Shown here: in pieces, positions 17,850-26,358 of the stretch
Position numbering within the stretch: the first letter of the stretch is position 1
Layout of the letters: each line of letters begins with the position of its first letter
From: Phycisphaerae bacterium
GTDB taxonomy: Bacteria; Planctomycetota; Phycisphaerae; UBA1845
Assembly: GCA_963666835.2 (NCBI GenBank)
Contig: CAXXGO010000006.1
Coordinates: 1,568,001 to 1,632,000, forward strand
Direction: 5' to 3'
DNA: 64,000 bases
Program-made: the position numbers and the translations under genes
Notes under the pieces: model-generated
What the model was told of the DNA's origin: nothing
Seen by the model: the letters and a program-made list of their open reading frames with translations, nothing else
Database searches by the model: none

Positions 17850-18590
17850 ATGCGTATTGGTAGAACCTGGGTAGTGGCGATCGGCGCGGTGGTGGCACTG
17901 GCGGCGATGGAGTCTGCCGAGGGGCGTGGCCGCCAGACGATCATAAGGGGGTCGGTCGTCTTCAAGGGTGATCCGGCGAAGTATCCGCAGAAGGAGGTCG
18001 ATTGCTCGAAGGACCCGGCTTGTACCAAGGAGGGTAAGCAGATCCGCACGGAGAACGTGATTCTGAACGAGGCGACGGATCCGCCCACGATCCGAAACGT
18101 CTTGGTCTCTATCCAGGCAGGTATGGAGAAGCGGGCGTTTATGGTCCCGGAACAGCCGGTGACGTTGATTCAGCAGGATTGTCAGTTCCGGCCCCACGTA
18201 GTCGGCGTTGTTGCGGGCCAGGAGCTTCGGATTCTGAACGCGGACGATACGGAACGGCATATTCGTTTTGTGACTCACTCGAACGGGAAGCACGAGTTCA
18301 CTCAGCCGAAGAAAGACCTGGAGAAGGGGAAGCAGTTCAAGCTGGAGGCCGAAGCCCCGTTCAAGATCGTGTCGGAAACGCATCCGTGGATGAGCTGCTA
18401 CGTTGGAGTGTTCAATAACATGTTCTTCGGCGTTACCGGCAAGACCGGTATGTACGAGTTCCGCGGAATGCCGGCCGGGACATACACACTCGAAGCATGG
18501 CACGAGACTTTCGGTACATTGACGAAGGAAGTCACGATCAAAAAGGGCGAGACCACGGTGGTGGACTTCGTTTTCGAACCCGGCAAGTAG
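17850..18590 (+). CDS. Secreted carboxypeptidase-regulatory-like/cupredoxin-fold protein
   Basis: Signal peptide, QQDCQFRPHV, ILNAD, HPWM and MPAGTYTLEAWHE. Confidence 0.7.
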   Translation: MRIGRTWVVAIGAVVALAAMESAEGRGRQTIIRGSVVFKGDPAKYPQKEVDCSKDPACTKEGKQIRTENVILNEATDPPTIRNVLVSIQAGMEKRAFMVPEQPVTLIQQDCQFRPHVVGVVAGQELRILNADDTERHIRFVTHSNGKHEFTQPKKDLEKGKQFKLEAEAPFKIVSETHPWMSCYVGVFNNMFFGVTGKTGMYEFRGMPAGTYTLEAWHETFGTLTKEVTIKKGETTVVDFVFEPGK

Positions 18591-18737
18591 TCGGCGGTTG
18601 AGCGGGGCCTGTCGTTCGGTGATCGCTGTTTTGACGTCCCTTGCCTGGATCTTTGCGGCTGGGTACAGTCGGCAACGAGTCGGCCGGCTGGTGTCGGCCG
18701 TGGTCAGGCCGGGGATACATGGTGGAAGGGAGTCCTC

Positions 18738-18821
18738 ATGTTCAACGCGATTATCTACGCCATATTGTTTTTCGGACTAGCGTACGCGGTGTCGCTTTTT
18801 GCGCTTGTGCAGACGGTCTGA
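18738..18821 (+). CDS. 27-aa single-helix membrane peptide MFNAIIYAILFFGLAYAVSLFALVQTV
   Basis: RBS AAGGGAG upstream. Almost wholly hydrophobic. Resembles the next peptide at its C-terminus. Confidence 0.6.
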   Translation: MFNAIIYAILFFGLAYAVSLFALVQTV

Positions 18822-18872
18822 TTGAACAGAAGCGAAGCCGGCTCTTGAGAGTCGGGTTGGAGGTTTCCAGGG

Positions 18873-18953
18873 ATGTCGATTTTCGTTCTATTCACGGCGC
18901 TGTTGATGTCGGTGTACTTCGGGGTTCTGGATTTTATCGTCCAGACGGCCTGA
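18873..18953 (+). CDS. 26-aa single-helix membrane peptide MSIFVLFTALLMSVYFGVLDFIVQTA
   Basis: RBS GGAGG at 18859-18863. Hydrophobic. Ends VQTA, like VQTV in the previous peptide. Confidence 0.6.
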   Translation: MSIFVLFTALLMSVYFGVLDFIVQTA

Positions 18954-19042
18954 CAGCGTGGCGCCGGTAACCTGGGCGTTTCAGGATGCCCTGATAGCAC
19001 GTGTCTCGACCACGGTGGTTTCTCAGAACCGGTCGCGCGGGG

Positions 19043-19072
19043 TTGACAGGAGTGCCTGGGTTTGCCGATAAT
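19043..19072 (+). promoter_or_regulatory. sigma70-like promoter upstream of tRNA-Tyr
   Basis: TTGACA, 18 bp, GATAAT. Confidence 0.55.
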
Positions 19073-19178
19073 CCCTCCCGGATCGCAACTGGCGAGGGGG
19101 CGGGCGATGCTGCTCCGCTTCTTCCTCCAGAGAGATGCAGAACAATCCGATGTCCCGTCTGCGCGGGGCATGAAGATT

Positions 19179-19262
19179 GGGCGTGTGCCCGAGTTGGCCA
19201 AAGGGGACGGGCTGTAAACCCGTTGGCGTATGCCTTCGAAGGTTCGAATCCTTCCGCGCCCA
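19179..19262 (+). tRNA. tRNA-Tyr(GTA); CCA not encoded
   Basis: Acceptor stem GGGCGTG/CGCGCCC-A, anticodon arm ACGGG-CTGTAAA-CCCGT, long variable arm and T arm GAAGG-TTCGAAT-CCTTC. Confidence 0.97.
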
Positions 19263-19286
19263 GTTAAACTTGCATAGTTGCGAGCC

Positions 19287-20177
19287 ATGCGCATCTCTGA
19301 ACTACTTAGGGTGGGTGCTCCCGCTCTGTCGTTCGAGTTCTTCCCTCCGAAAGATGATCTGGGATTCTGGGATCTTTATCGAACCGTGGAATCCCTGAAG
19401 CCGCTCGCCCCGGCGTTCGTGTCGGTCACCTATGGCGCCGGCGGGGCCACCCGGCGCAAGACGATCGATCTGGTTGCCCGAATCAAGAGCGACATTGGAA
19501 TCGAGAGCATGGCCCATCTGACGTGCGTCGGCGCGTCTCAAAGCGAACTCGGGGCGGTTATTGACCGTATTGAATGCTCGGGGATCGAGAACGTCCTGGC
19601 ACTTCGCGGTGATCCGCCCCATGGGCAGGCTTGCTTCGCCCCGGTTGCGGGCGGGTTCACCCATGCTAGTGACTTGGTCAGGTTCGTGCGTGAACGGTGT
19701 GGTTTGTGCGTCGGCGCCGCGTGCTATCCGGAAGGCCACCCGGAGTCGCCGAACCAGGCTAGCGATCTGGACCATCTGCGGCATAAGGTCGACGTCGGCG
19801 CCGAGTTCCTGATAAGCCAGTTGTTCTTCGACAACAGTCTATTCCTGGCCTTTCGGGAGCGGGCAGAGCGGGTGGGCATCAGGGTGCCCATTATTGCGGG
19901 AATCATGCCGATATTGACGGTCGGTCAGGTCAAACGCTTCACCGGCATTTGTGGAGCCACGATTCCGCCCGAGCTGTTGAGCAAGATCGAGGCGGTCGAA
20001 GACGACGCGGAAGCCGTCAGTCATATCGGCATGTACCATGCGACTCGGCAGTGCGAAGACCTGCTCAGGCAGAATGTGGCCGGAATCCACTTCTATACGT
20101 TGAACAGGTCTACCTCCACGCGGGCGATCTACCAAGTGATTAGGGCCGGCCTTCCTGCCCCGGCCGTAGCTCCGTGA
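19287..20177 (+). CDS. metF: 5,10-methylenetetrahydrofolate reductase
   Basis: SFEFFPPK, SVTYGAGG, AHLTC, LALRGDPP, YPEGHPE, QLFFDN and HFYTLN. Confidence 0.97.
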   Translation: MRISELLRVGAPALSFEFFPPKDDLGFWDLYRTVESLKPLAPAFVSVTYGAGGATRRKTIDLVARIKSDIGIESMAHLTCVGASQSELGAVIDRIECSGIENVLALRGDPPHGQACFAPVAGGFTHASDLVRFVRERCGLCVGAACYPEGHPESPNQASDLDHLRHKVDVGAEFLISQLFFDNSLFLAFRERAERVGIRVPIIAGIMPILTVGQVKRFTGICGATIPPELLSKIEAVEDDAEAVSHIGMYHATRQCEDLLRQNVAGIHFYTLNRSTSTRAIYQVIRAGLPAPAVAP

Positions 20178-20202
20178 TAAGGCTGCGACCGGTGCTGCTG
20201 CG

Positions 20203-20604
20203 TCATGCCGTACCGGAGTCCGCCTGAGAGGCGATTAGGATGATCCCCGCTAACACCAGCCCGATGCCCAGCATCTGTCGGCGGGTTAGAGTCTCTGCCA
20301 GCGCGGGATGGACCCGGGCAAAAACGGCAATCAGCGCGAAACCGCCTCCGACCATAATCGGATAGGCGATGCTGATCTTAAGCGCCCGACTCTGCAGAGC
20401 GTACATGTAGAATGCCGCGTTGATTCCGAAGCAGAACAGGCCGAGCATAAGCGTCCCGCTGGTCACGACCGCTTTGATGCCGGCGACGATTCCGTCCCGC
20501 AATACTCCGCCGGATTGCTCGATCGGCTTCATCCCGATCTTCATGAGCAGGTTTGCACTTGCGTTCAGGATAAGCGCAATTGCCAGAGCGATCACGTATT
20601 TCAT
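20203..20604 (-). CDS. SMR/EamA-like small membrane transporter (ArnE/F-like)
   Basis: Four hydrophobic helices, NASANLLMKIG, ISIAYP and GIGLVLAGIILI. Confidence 0.75.
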   Translation of the reverse strand: MKYVIALAIALILNASANLLMKIGMKPIEQSGGVLRDGIVAGIKAVVTSGTLMLGLFCFGINAAFYMYALQSRALKISIAYPIMVGGGFALIAVFARVHPALAETLTRRQMLGIGLVLAGIILIASQADSGTA

Positions 20605-20834
20605 CAGCGTCAATCCTTGAGTAATCGGGTGTCGATGCACGGCCTGCGGCCGGCACCGGATTGGATTAGGGCGCACTCTCTCGGGGGATCGCAAGCGGCC
20701 GCCGGGACCCCGGAAACGAGGAGTCGACTCCGCTCAACGCAAAGCTCTGCGTATTACTTCTGCAAGTCAAGCCGTCCGAGGCGCTCCGGTTCGATCGGCT
20801 TGTCTGGCCGGCACCGTTTCCTGGTCAGTCGCCC

Positions 20835-23800
20835 CTACCACCGCAAGCGCCGCAGCCACAATAGGGATCCCATTCCGAGGAGCATCGGGATCATGCCGAT
20901 TGCCCCGCAGATTGAAGCTGATCCCCCCGGGCCTTCTGCGCCGCACCCGTCACAGACCGGCTCTACCACGATGTTGTCGTCATCTCCGGGCAACACCGTA
21001 ATACGTTTCGAAGCGGTCGTCGTGAAGGTCGCGCCGCTGGAGCTGGCAATGGTCACCGTGGCGGTGATTGGGAGCCGCAGCTCCACTCCGGTGTTATTGA
21101 CGTAAGTGTGGGTGGCGAACAGGCTGGTAGTCTGGGTGCCGTCGCCGAGATCCCACAGGACCGATTGGACCGTACCGTCAACGTCGGTTGCGTCGATACT
21201 CAGCTCGACCTGGAGCGGAGAGGTCCCCCCGCCGATATCAGAGCCAACCGTTCCCGGGATACCAATGACGATTTGGATATCTGCCGCGCCGACCGTGTCG
21301 CTGTCGTCCGTTCCGTCCGCTCCCGTGACCCTAATCGACGTCTGGGCGTATCCGATGTTGTCCTCGGTATCGTACATTGTCAGCCGGGCGATGAAGGTCT
21401 TGGACTCGCCGGCCGCGACAACGTAAGTGTGCGAATCGCTTCGACTGGTTGAGTCTACGGTAACCGAGTCGTCGATGTCGAAATCCCAAGCGGTACGGCT
21501 TTCGTCGATCGGTAACGTGCTGGACGCGTTGCCGCTGAAGTACACGGTTAGGGGTGACGTTCCCTCCAAAGGTGAGACGCTTATGGTCACCTTAGGTCCG
21601 ACGCTCGGATCGGTTGTGGTTCCCGAACCGCCAGAACCGGAATCGCCGGTCTTGCCCGGCGGAAGTTCCCCGTTGTCCCCGACGTTTCCGTCGGTGTCCA
21701 GACTGACCCCGAACGAGTATCGCCCGATCAAGCTCCGCCCGTAGATCGCGAAGTACTTGGTCCCGGAAGCATCATAGTTAACGCACTGTTGTTCGCCGGC
21801 TTCGCAATCGCCCTCCACGGCGGATCCGCATACCAGACCGCATCCGATTGCCAGTACGCTGACGTTCGCCGGCAGATTCTCGAGCACGGCACTCTTGCAT
21901 CCGACCTGGTCAGCGTCATAGCACTTCCCGTCTTCCGGAACGAAGTCGAACGGTCCGCTGCTTTCCAATACCAGATACTCGTCAACCGTCTGGAGAATCT
22001 CGACATCGCTGTCTTCGTCGTCGGGATCCTCTTCCGCGGTATCATCTTCCTCCGTGAACTCCAGCGTATCCCCGTTCCTAAGCCACGTAATTCGATGATT
22101 GTCCGCATCCAGCATAACCTGGGCAGCACGTTCCGGCCAAGTGCGGCCACCGTTGTCCAGGGATTCGCTGGCGGCCTCGACCGCTCGCTCGGCGTTAATC
22201 CGTCCATAGCCGTATCGTAGACTTCGATCCGTTATCCCGTCGTAGTCGGCGTCCTCGGTGTCGATCTTGTCGCACGTGTGTTCAAGGATGAGACGTACGT
22301 CCGTCGCGGTCAACTGCGGATTGATGGACAGGATCATTGCCGCCACGCCGGCTGCTACCGGGCAGGCTGCCGAGGTGCCCATGAAACTGTCGGTATACAG
22401 CCCGGCCGCGTCCAGTTCCGGATCACCGTATGCGTCGAATCCGCCGATGTTGTAGCCCGCATCGACGTAATCTGCGTCGTCGTCGTTGTCCGTCGTGACC
22501 AACTCTCCGTAGCTGTCGCCGCCCGGGGCCAGCACGTCGATGTCCGGACCATAATTGCTGTACTCGGTGATGCTGTCGTTGATGTTACTTGCCCCGACAC
22601 CTATCACGGTGGGCAAAGTCGACAGGTCGCTGTCCGTTCCCAAGTACGCTCCCGGGCCGAAGTTGTTTACTCCGTTCCCCGAGGCGAACAAGAGGACCAT
22701 TCCGCGCGGCGGGGAGTCGCCGTCTTCGCCGTCAGTATCCCGACCTTCGTTGAACGCGGTTTCGAGGGCTTCCTCCAGGATTGCGGGAATGGGCGTGCCG
22801 AAGTCCAGACCCCAACTGTTAATGTGGACGTCCACCTCTTGCTGGCGAGCAAACAGATAAGCATTGGCCGTCTCCGCGTCGGAGAGAATCAGCAGGCCGC
22901 GCGATGCCGTGAACCGTGACAGGTATGCGACACCACGACCGCCGACGCTGTTGGCGCAGGCTACTGCCAACCCCATGACCGCCGTACCATGACTGTCACC
23001 CAACTGCTTGGGGCGGGGATCCGTAAAACCGCTGGCCGTGGACGGCAGGCTGGGGTCGTTACCGGTGCCGAGATAGTTACCTCGGAGATCCTCGTGATCC
23101 ACATCGCATGAGTCGTCCAGCATGCCGACGAGGATGCCTACGCCCTCGGCCCCCATCTCCCATGCCTCCGGAGCGCTGATGTCCGCCCCCAGGGTACCTC
23201 CGTCTTGCCCGGTGTTGTTCAAATGCCACTGATGGGTGTAATACTCATCGTCGGCAACGGTCTGTCGAGTATGCCGGGGAGCCCGGAAGTTCGGCTGCGC
23301 CCAGACGATTCGAGAATCCTTGGTCATGGCCTCGGCTCTGAGCACCTCATCGTCGCCATCGTCAACCGGACGCACGCACGATACTCCCGGCATGCCGGCG
23401 ATATCCTCGACGAGGGCCAAACGATAGTCCGCCATGAGCTGGGCTCTGGCTTCCGCCCCTAGATCGCTACGGGTACGCATGGCGATCGTACCGGTCGAGA
23501 GTACGGGGCTGTCACAGCCTTCGTAGTAATAAACCGGGTGGACTTCGGTGACGGCCGCGTCCTGCAACACGAGCCCCCGACGCCGGGCGGTTGTGTCGGC
23601 AACCCGCATTAGCTTGTAGCGCGAATCACTCGTCCCCCGGATGTCCTCAATGACGCCGTAGCCGCTGGAGGCGAGACGACGGGCGGATTTATCCACGGAT
23701 TCGGAGTCGGCGAAGCTCACCGCGAATTCGTTCTCGGATTTGATCACCCGGATCTTCGACCCATCCCGCTTCACCACGAACCGATCCTGGGCGAACGTGG

Positions 23801-23897
23801 AACCGGCGAAGCCGGTCAATACGCCGATGACCACCGCGCCCCGCAGGACGCGACCGGACCAGGACTTTGCGCAGCACAACCCGTGCAGAGAAATCAT
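20835..23897 (-). CDS. Secreted S8 (subtilisin-like) serine protease with PKD-like domains and C-terminal membrane anchor
   Basis: Catalytic triad GMLDDS / HGTAVMG / GTSAACP. PKD-like WDFD and WDLGDG motifs. C-terminal TM segment plus RRLRW. Confidence 0.92.
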   Translation of the reverse strand: MISLHGLCCAKSWSGRVLRGAVVIGVLTGFAGSTFAQDRFVVKRDGSKIRVIKSENEFAVSFADSESVDKSARRLASSGYGVIEDIRGTSDSRYKLMRVADTTARRRGLVLQDAAVTEVHPVYYYEGCDSPVLSTGTIAMRTRSDLGAEARAQLMADYRLALVEDIAGMPGVSCVRPVDDGDDEVLRAEAMTKDSRIVWAQPNFRAPRHTRQTVADDEYYTHQWHLNNTGQDGGTLGADISAPEAWEMGAEGVGILVGMLDDSCDVDHEDLRGNYLGTGNDPSLPSTASGFTDPRPKQLGDSHGTAVMGLAVACANSVGGRGVAYLSRFTASRGLLILSDAETANAYLFARQQEVDVHINSWGLDFGTPIPAILEEALETAFNEGRDTDGEDGDSPPRGMVLLFASGNGVNNFGPGAYLGTDSDLSTLPTVIGVGASNINDSITEYSNYGPDIDVLAPGGDSYGELVTTDNDDDADYVDAGYNIGGFDAYGDPELDAAGLYTDSFMGTSAACPVAAGVAAMILSINPQLTATDVRLILEHTCDKIDTEDADYDGITDRSLRYGYGRINAERAVEAASESLDNGGRTWPERAAQVMLDADNHRITWLRNGDTLEFTEEDDTAEEDPDDEDSDVEILQTVDEYLVLESSGPFDFVPEDGKCYDADQVGCKSAVLENLPANVSVLAIGCGLVCGSAVEGDCEAGEQQCVNYDASGTKYFAIYGRSLIGRYSFGVSLDTDGNVGDNGELPPGKTGDSGSGGSGTTTDPSVGPKVTISVSPLEGTSPLTVYFSGNASSTLPIDESRTAWDFDIDDSVTVDSTSRSDSHTYVVAAGESKTFIARLTMYDTEDNIGYAQTSIRVTGADGTDDSDTVGAADIQIVIGIPGTVGSDIGGGTSPLQVELSIDATDVDGTVQSVLWDLGDGTQTTSLFATHTYVNNTGVELRLPITATVTIASSSGATFTTTASKRITVLPGDDDNIVVEPVCDGCGAEGPGGSASICGAIGMIPMLLGMGSLLWLRRLRW

Positions 23898-24227
23898 TCG
23901 CTGTTCACCTTTCCGTTGTCTTCTCGCAGGCACATCCCCACGAAAGCTAACGTCGACAAGACTCGCTGGTAAGCAGGCGTTACCCGGCATCCGCCGATAC
24001 TACAAGCCCAGGAGGATTACTCGCCGTCGGACTGCTCACCCCATTAGAGCTAATCCATCCGCGCTCTGCCGCGGGCAGAGTCTCCTCAACGCCTTCAGCC
24101 GGTACTGTCAACGCCCCGTATTGTTCGAGCGGGTCAGCAGCCTGTCAAGCGCCGCGAGCCCCTGGAAGAGGGTTCGGACCGGTAACGCGGTACGCGGATC
24201 CGCCGGTTAGGGGGCATCGACCTGACG

Positions 24228-24731
24228 CTACCCGCCGGCGCGGATCCACGCCTGAAGGGCTTTTTCATCGAACAACACCCAACGCACGAGTTGCGGTCCG
24301 CCGGGAACTTCGAGTTCGCCCCGAACTGCGGCCAGAGCCACTTTGGCCGCTTCACTCACGGGATATCCGTACACCCCGCAGCTGATTGCCGGAAACGCAA
24401 CCGATGCGCAGCCGTGTTTCCGGGCGAGAGCCATGCAGCATCGGTGGCAGGAGGCTAACAGATCGGCCTCGCCCTGACCGCCGCCGTGCCAGACCGGCCC
24501 GACTGTGTGGATTACGTAACGAGCCGGCAGTAAGTGTCCACCGGTAATCCGGGCTTGTCCGGTCGGACATCCTCCCAGTTTGCGGCATTCCTCAAGCAGG
24601 CCCGGCCCGGCCGCCCGGTGAATCGCTCCATCCACGCCCCCTCCGCCCAGAAGGGTCTCGTTCGCCGCATTGACGATCGCGTCCACCTTCTGTTTGGTGA
24701 TGTCACCCTGTACGATTTCAATCTTCTCCAT
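24228..24731 (-). CDS. ymdB: Macro-domain O-acetyl-ADP-ribose deacetylase
   Basis: [34 protein letters not shown] and [12 protein letters not shown]. Confidence 0.93.
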   Translation of the reverse strand: MEKIEIVQGDITKQKVDAIVNAANETLLGGGGVDGAIHRAAGPGLLEECRKLGGCPTGQARITGGHLLPARYVIHTVGPVWHGGGQGEADLLASCHRCCMALARKHGCASVAFPAISCGVYGYPVSEAAKVALAAVRGELEVPGGPQLVRWVLFDEKALQAWIRAGG

Positions 24732-26079
24732 CGCTGGCTCCGGTTTCTTCCACTGTTAACACCGCCCGCGATGTGCTGGTGTCGGGACGGAACAGTGCGG
24801 TTTTGTCTATCAGGCCCGCCGAGTGGTGCTCGGCGAACCCCAGGATTAGCCGCGCGGGAGTATCCCGGTGCCGCAGCTTGTGGCATCGCTCGAAGGACCT
24901 GCGGTGCGGGCTGCCGGTCAATGCCCACGTCAACCGCTCCCTGACCCCACCCGCACGGCGAATCTCCACAGAGAGTCCGGAATCGGTGGGGGGCTCGCTT
25001 TCGTCGCCGGGCAGGAGCGTTTTTTCTAGGATCCGACGCCACTCGTCGAGGCTACGGTCGGGCACCGAGGGTTCTGCAAACACATGACGACGTTCCAGGA
25101 TCAAGGCCACCGTGGCTTTCCATCCGTTGCCCACCGCGACGGACGAAAAGTACTTGCCGTCGCGTCGCAGTCGTCGGTCGCGATGGCGGGCCAGCCCGGC
25201 CGAACACGCGATGCGGAGGGCTGCTGCTCGGCCCGCCAACTGCCGGATCAGCGCGGGCGTGGCCGATCCGGCTCCGTATGGCCAACGCAGCGTTACATAA
25301 GCGATAAGGAACCGCAGTCGCTGCGTTTGTGTTGCGCGACGATGAAAATGCTGGTCGAGTTGAGCCAGCGCCAGGCAGCATAACGGAGCACAAGCCGGTT
25401 GGCGGCTCAGGGAGGACGGGTGAACGTCGACGAACATGGCGGTTATCCCGCCGTCTTGGTCCTTGCTGAGGATTATATTGTCCGGGTGCCCGTCGCCGTG
25501 GACGAACCCCAAACCGTGGGCGGTGGCATACAATCGAGCGACGGCCTCGATAATCGGAGTTGTGGTGCCGATTGCCGACGGTGAGTTCCGGGATTCGGGC
25601 GACGGCGCCCAGGCGTTTGTCAGCTTCTCTGCCTGCGAAGGGCACTCGGTGACCAGGACACTCTGCCCTGCCCGCCCAGCCCGGATGGCCACACCCAGGC
25701 TCCGGACTGTCGGGACCCCGCGCACCTCAGCTTTGGTCAAGAGCCGCCATTCCCGTTCACCGGGGCTGCCCAGCACGAACGACTTGGCCTTGTCCAGGAT
25801 TCCGGTCTCCTGGGCTAACTTGGCGTATACGGTATGTGTTCCCAGCTCCACCCGATAAGTTGCTCGGCCGTGCCCGCGCTTGACCAAGGTGGCGCACGGA
25901 ACGCGCTCGAGGGCGAACCAGTCGGGGCTTCCCGGTCCGAGCAGCGCTTCGTACCAGCCCCGCCGCACGCACCAATGTTCGGAATCAGCGTTCTCACGAA
26001 TGTCCCAGCCATCCTGCGGGCGGGAGGCGATCGTCTTGGCAAGTCGAATGGTGGATGCGGCGAGCGACATTACTGCCAA
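24718..26079 (-). CDS. Lipopolysaccharide/sugar kinase (Kdo/WaaP/InaA-like)
   Basis: [22 protein letters not shown] and [10 protein letters not shown]. Confidence 0.75.
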   Translation of the reverse strand: MAVMSLAASTIRLAKTIASRPQDGWDIRENADSEHWCVRRGWYEALLGPGSPDWFALERVPCATLVKRGHGRATYRVELGTHTVYAKLAQETGILDKAKSFVLGSPGEREWRLLTKAEVRGVPTVRSLGVAIRAGRAGQSVLVTECPSQAEKLTNAWAPSPESRNSPSAIGTTTPIIEAVARLYATAHGLGFVHGDGHPDNIILSKDQDGGITAMFVDVHPSSLSRQPACAPLCCLALAQLDQHFHRRATQTQRLRFLIAYVTLRWPYGAGSATPALIRQLAGRAAALRIACSAGLARHRDRRLRRDGKYFSSVAVGNGWKATVALILERRHVFAEPSVPDRSLDEWRRILEKTLLPGDESEPPTDSGLSVEIRRAGGVRERLTWALTGSPHRRSFERCHKLRHRDTPARLILGFAEHHSAGLIDKTALFRPDTSTSRAVLTVEETGASDGED

Positions 26080-26358
26080 TCTACTTTCGGCCTCGCGTCA
26101 ACGACCGGGGCTCGCGGTTCCGTTTCGTCTGACCCCGATCCGGGGCTCAGGCACGTAGTGTACCGGCGGACGCCGAACTTGGTTAGCTGCGCGAGTGAAT
26201 GCCGGGATTCTGGCCGGTATTGGCGTACTGACCGATAATGGAACTTGACGCTGCTTAAGGCAGGCGATGCCGGCTGGGCTCGGGATCGGTCCTTGGACCC
26301 GCCGGGCGCCGGCCCGGAGGCGTTTGCTCCGTTTGGAGAACGTAAGGGTGCCGATCAG

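Noticed and set aside
19179..19262. tRNA-Tyr as the island integration site
   Set aside because: It lies about 10 kb from the island, is flanked by housekeeping genes, and I saw no duplicated 3' fragment.
24228..24731. Macro domain as part of a DarTG/Thoeris-type defence system
   Set aside because: Ordinary stand-alone YmdB-like sequence with no toxin or TIR partner.
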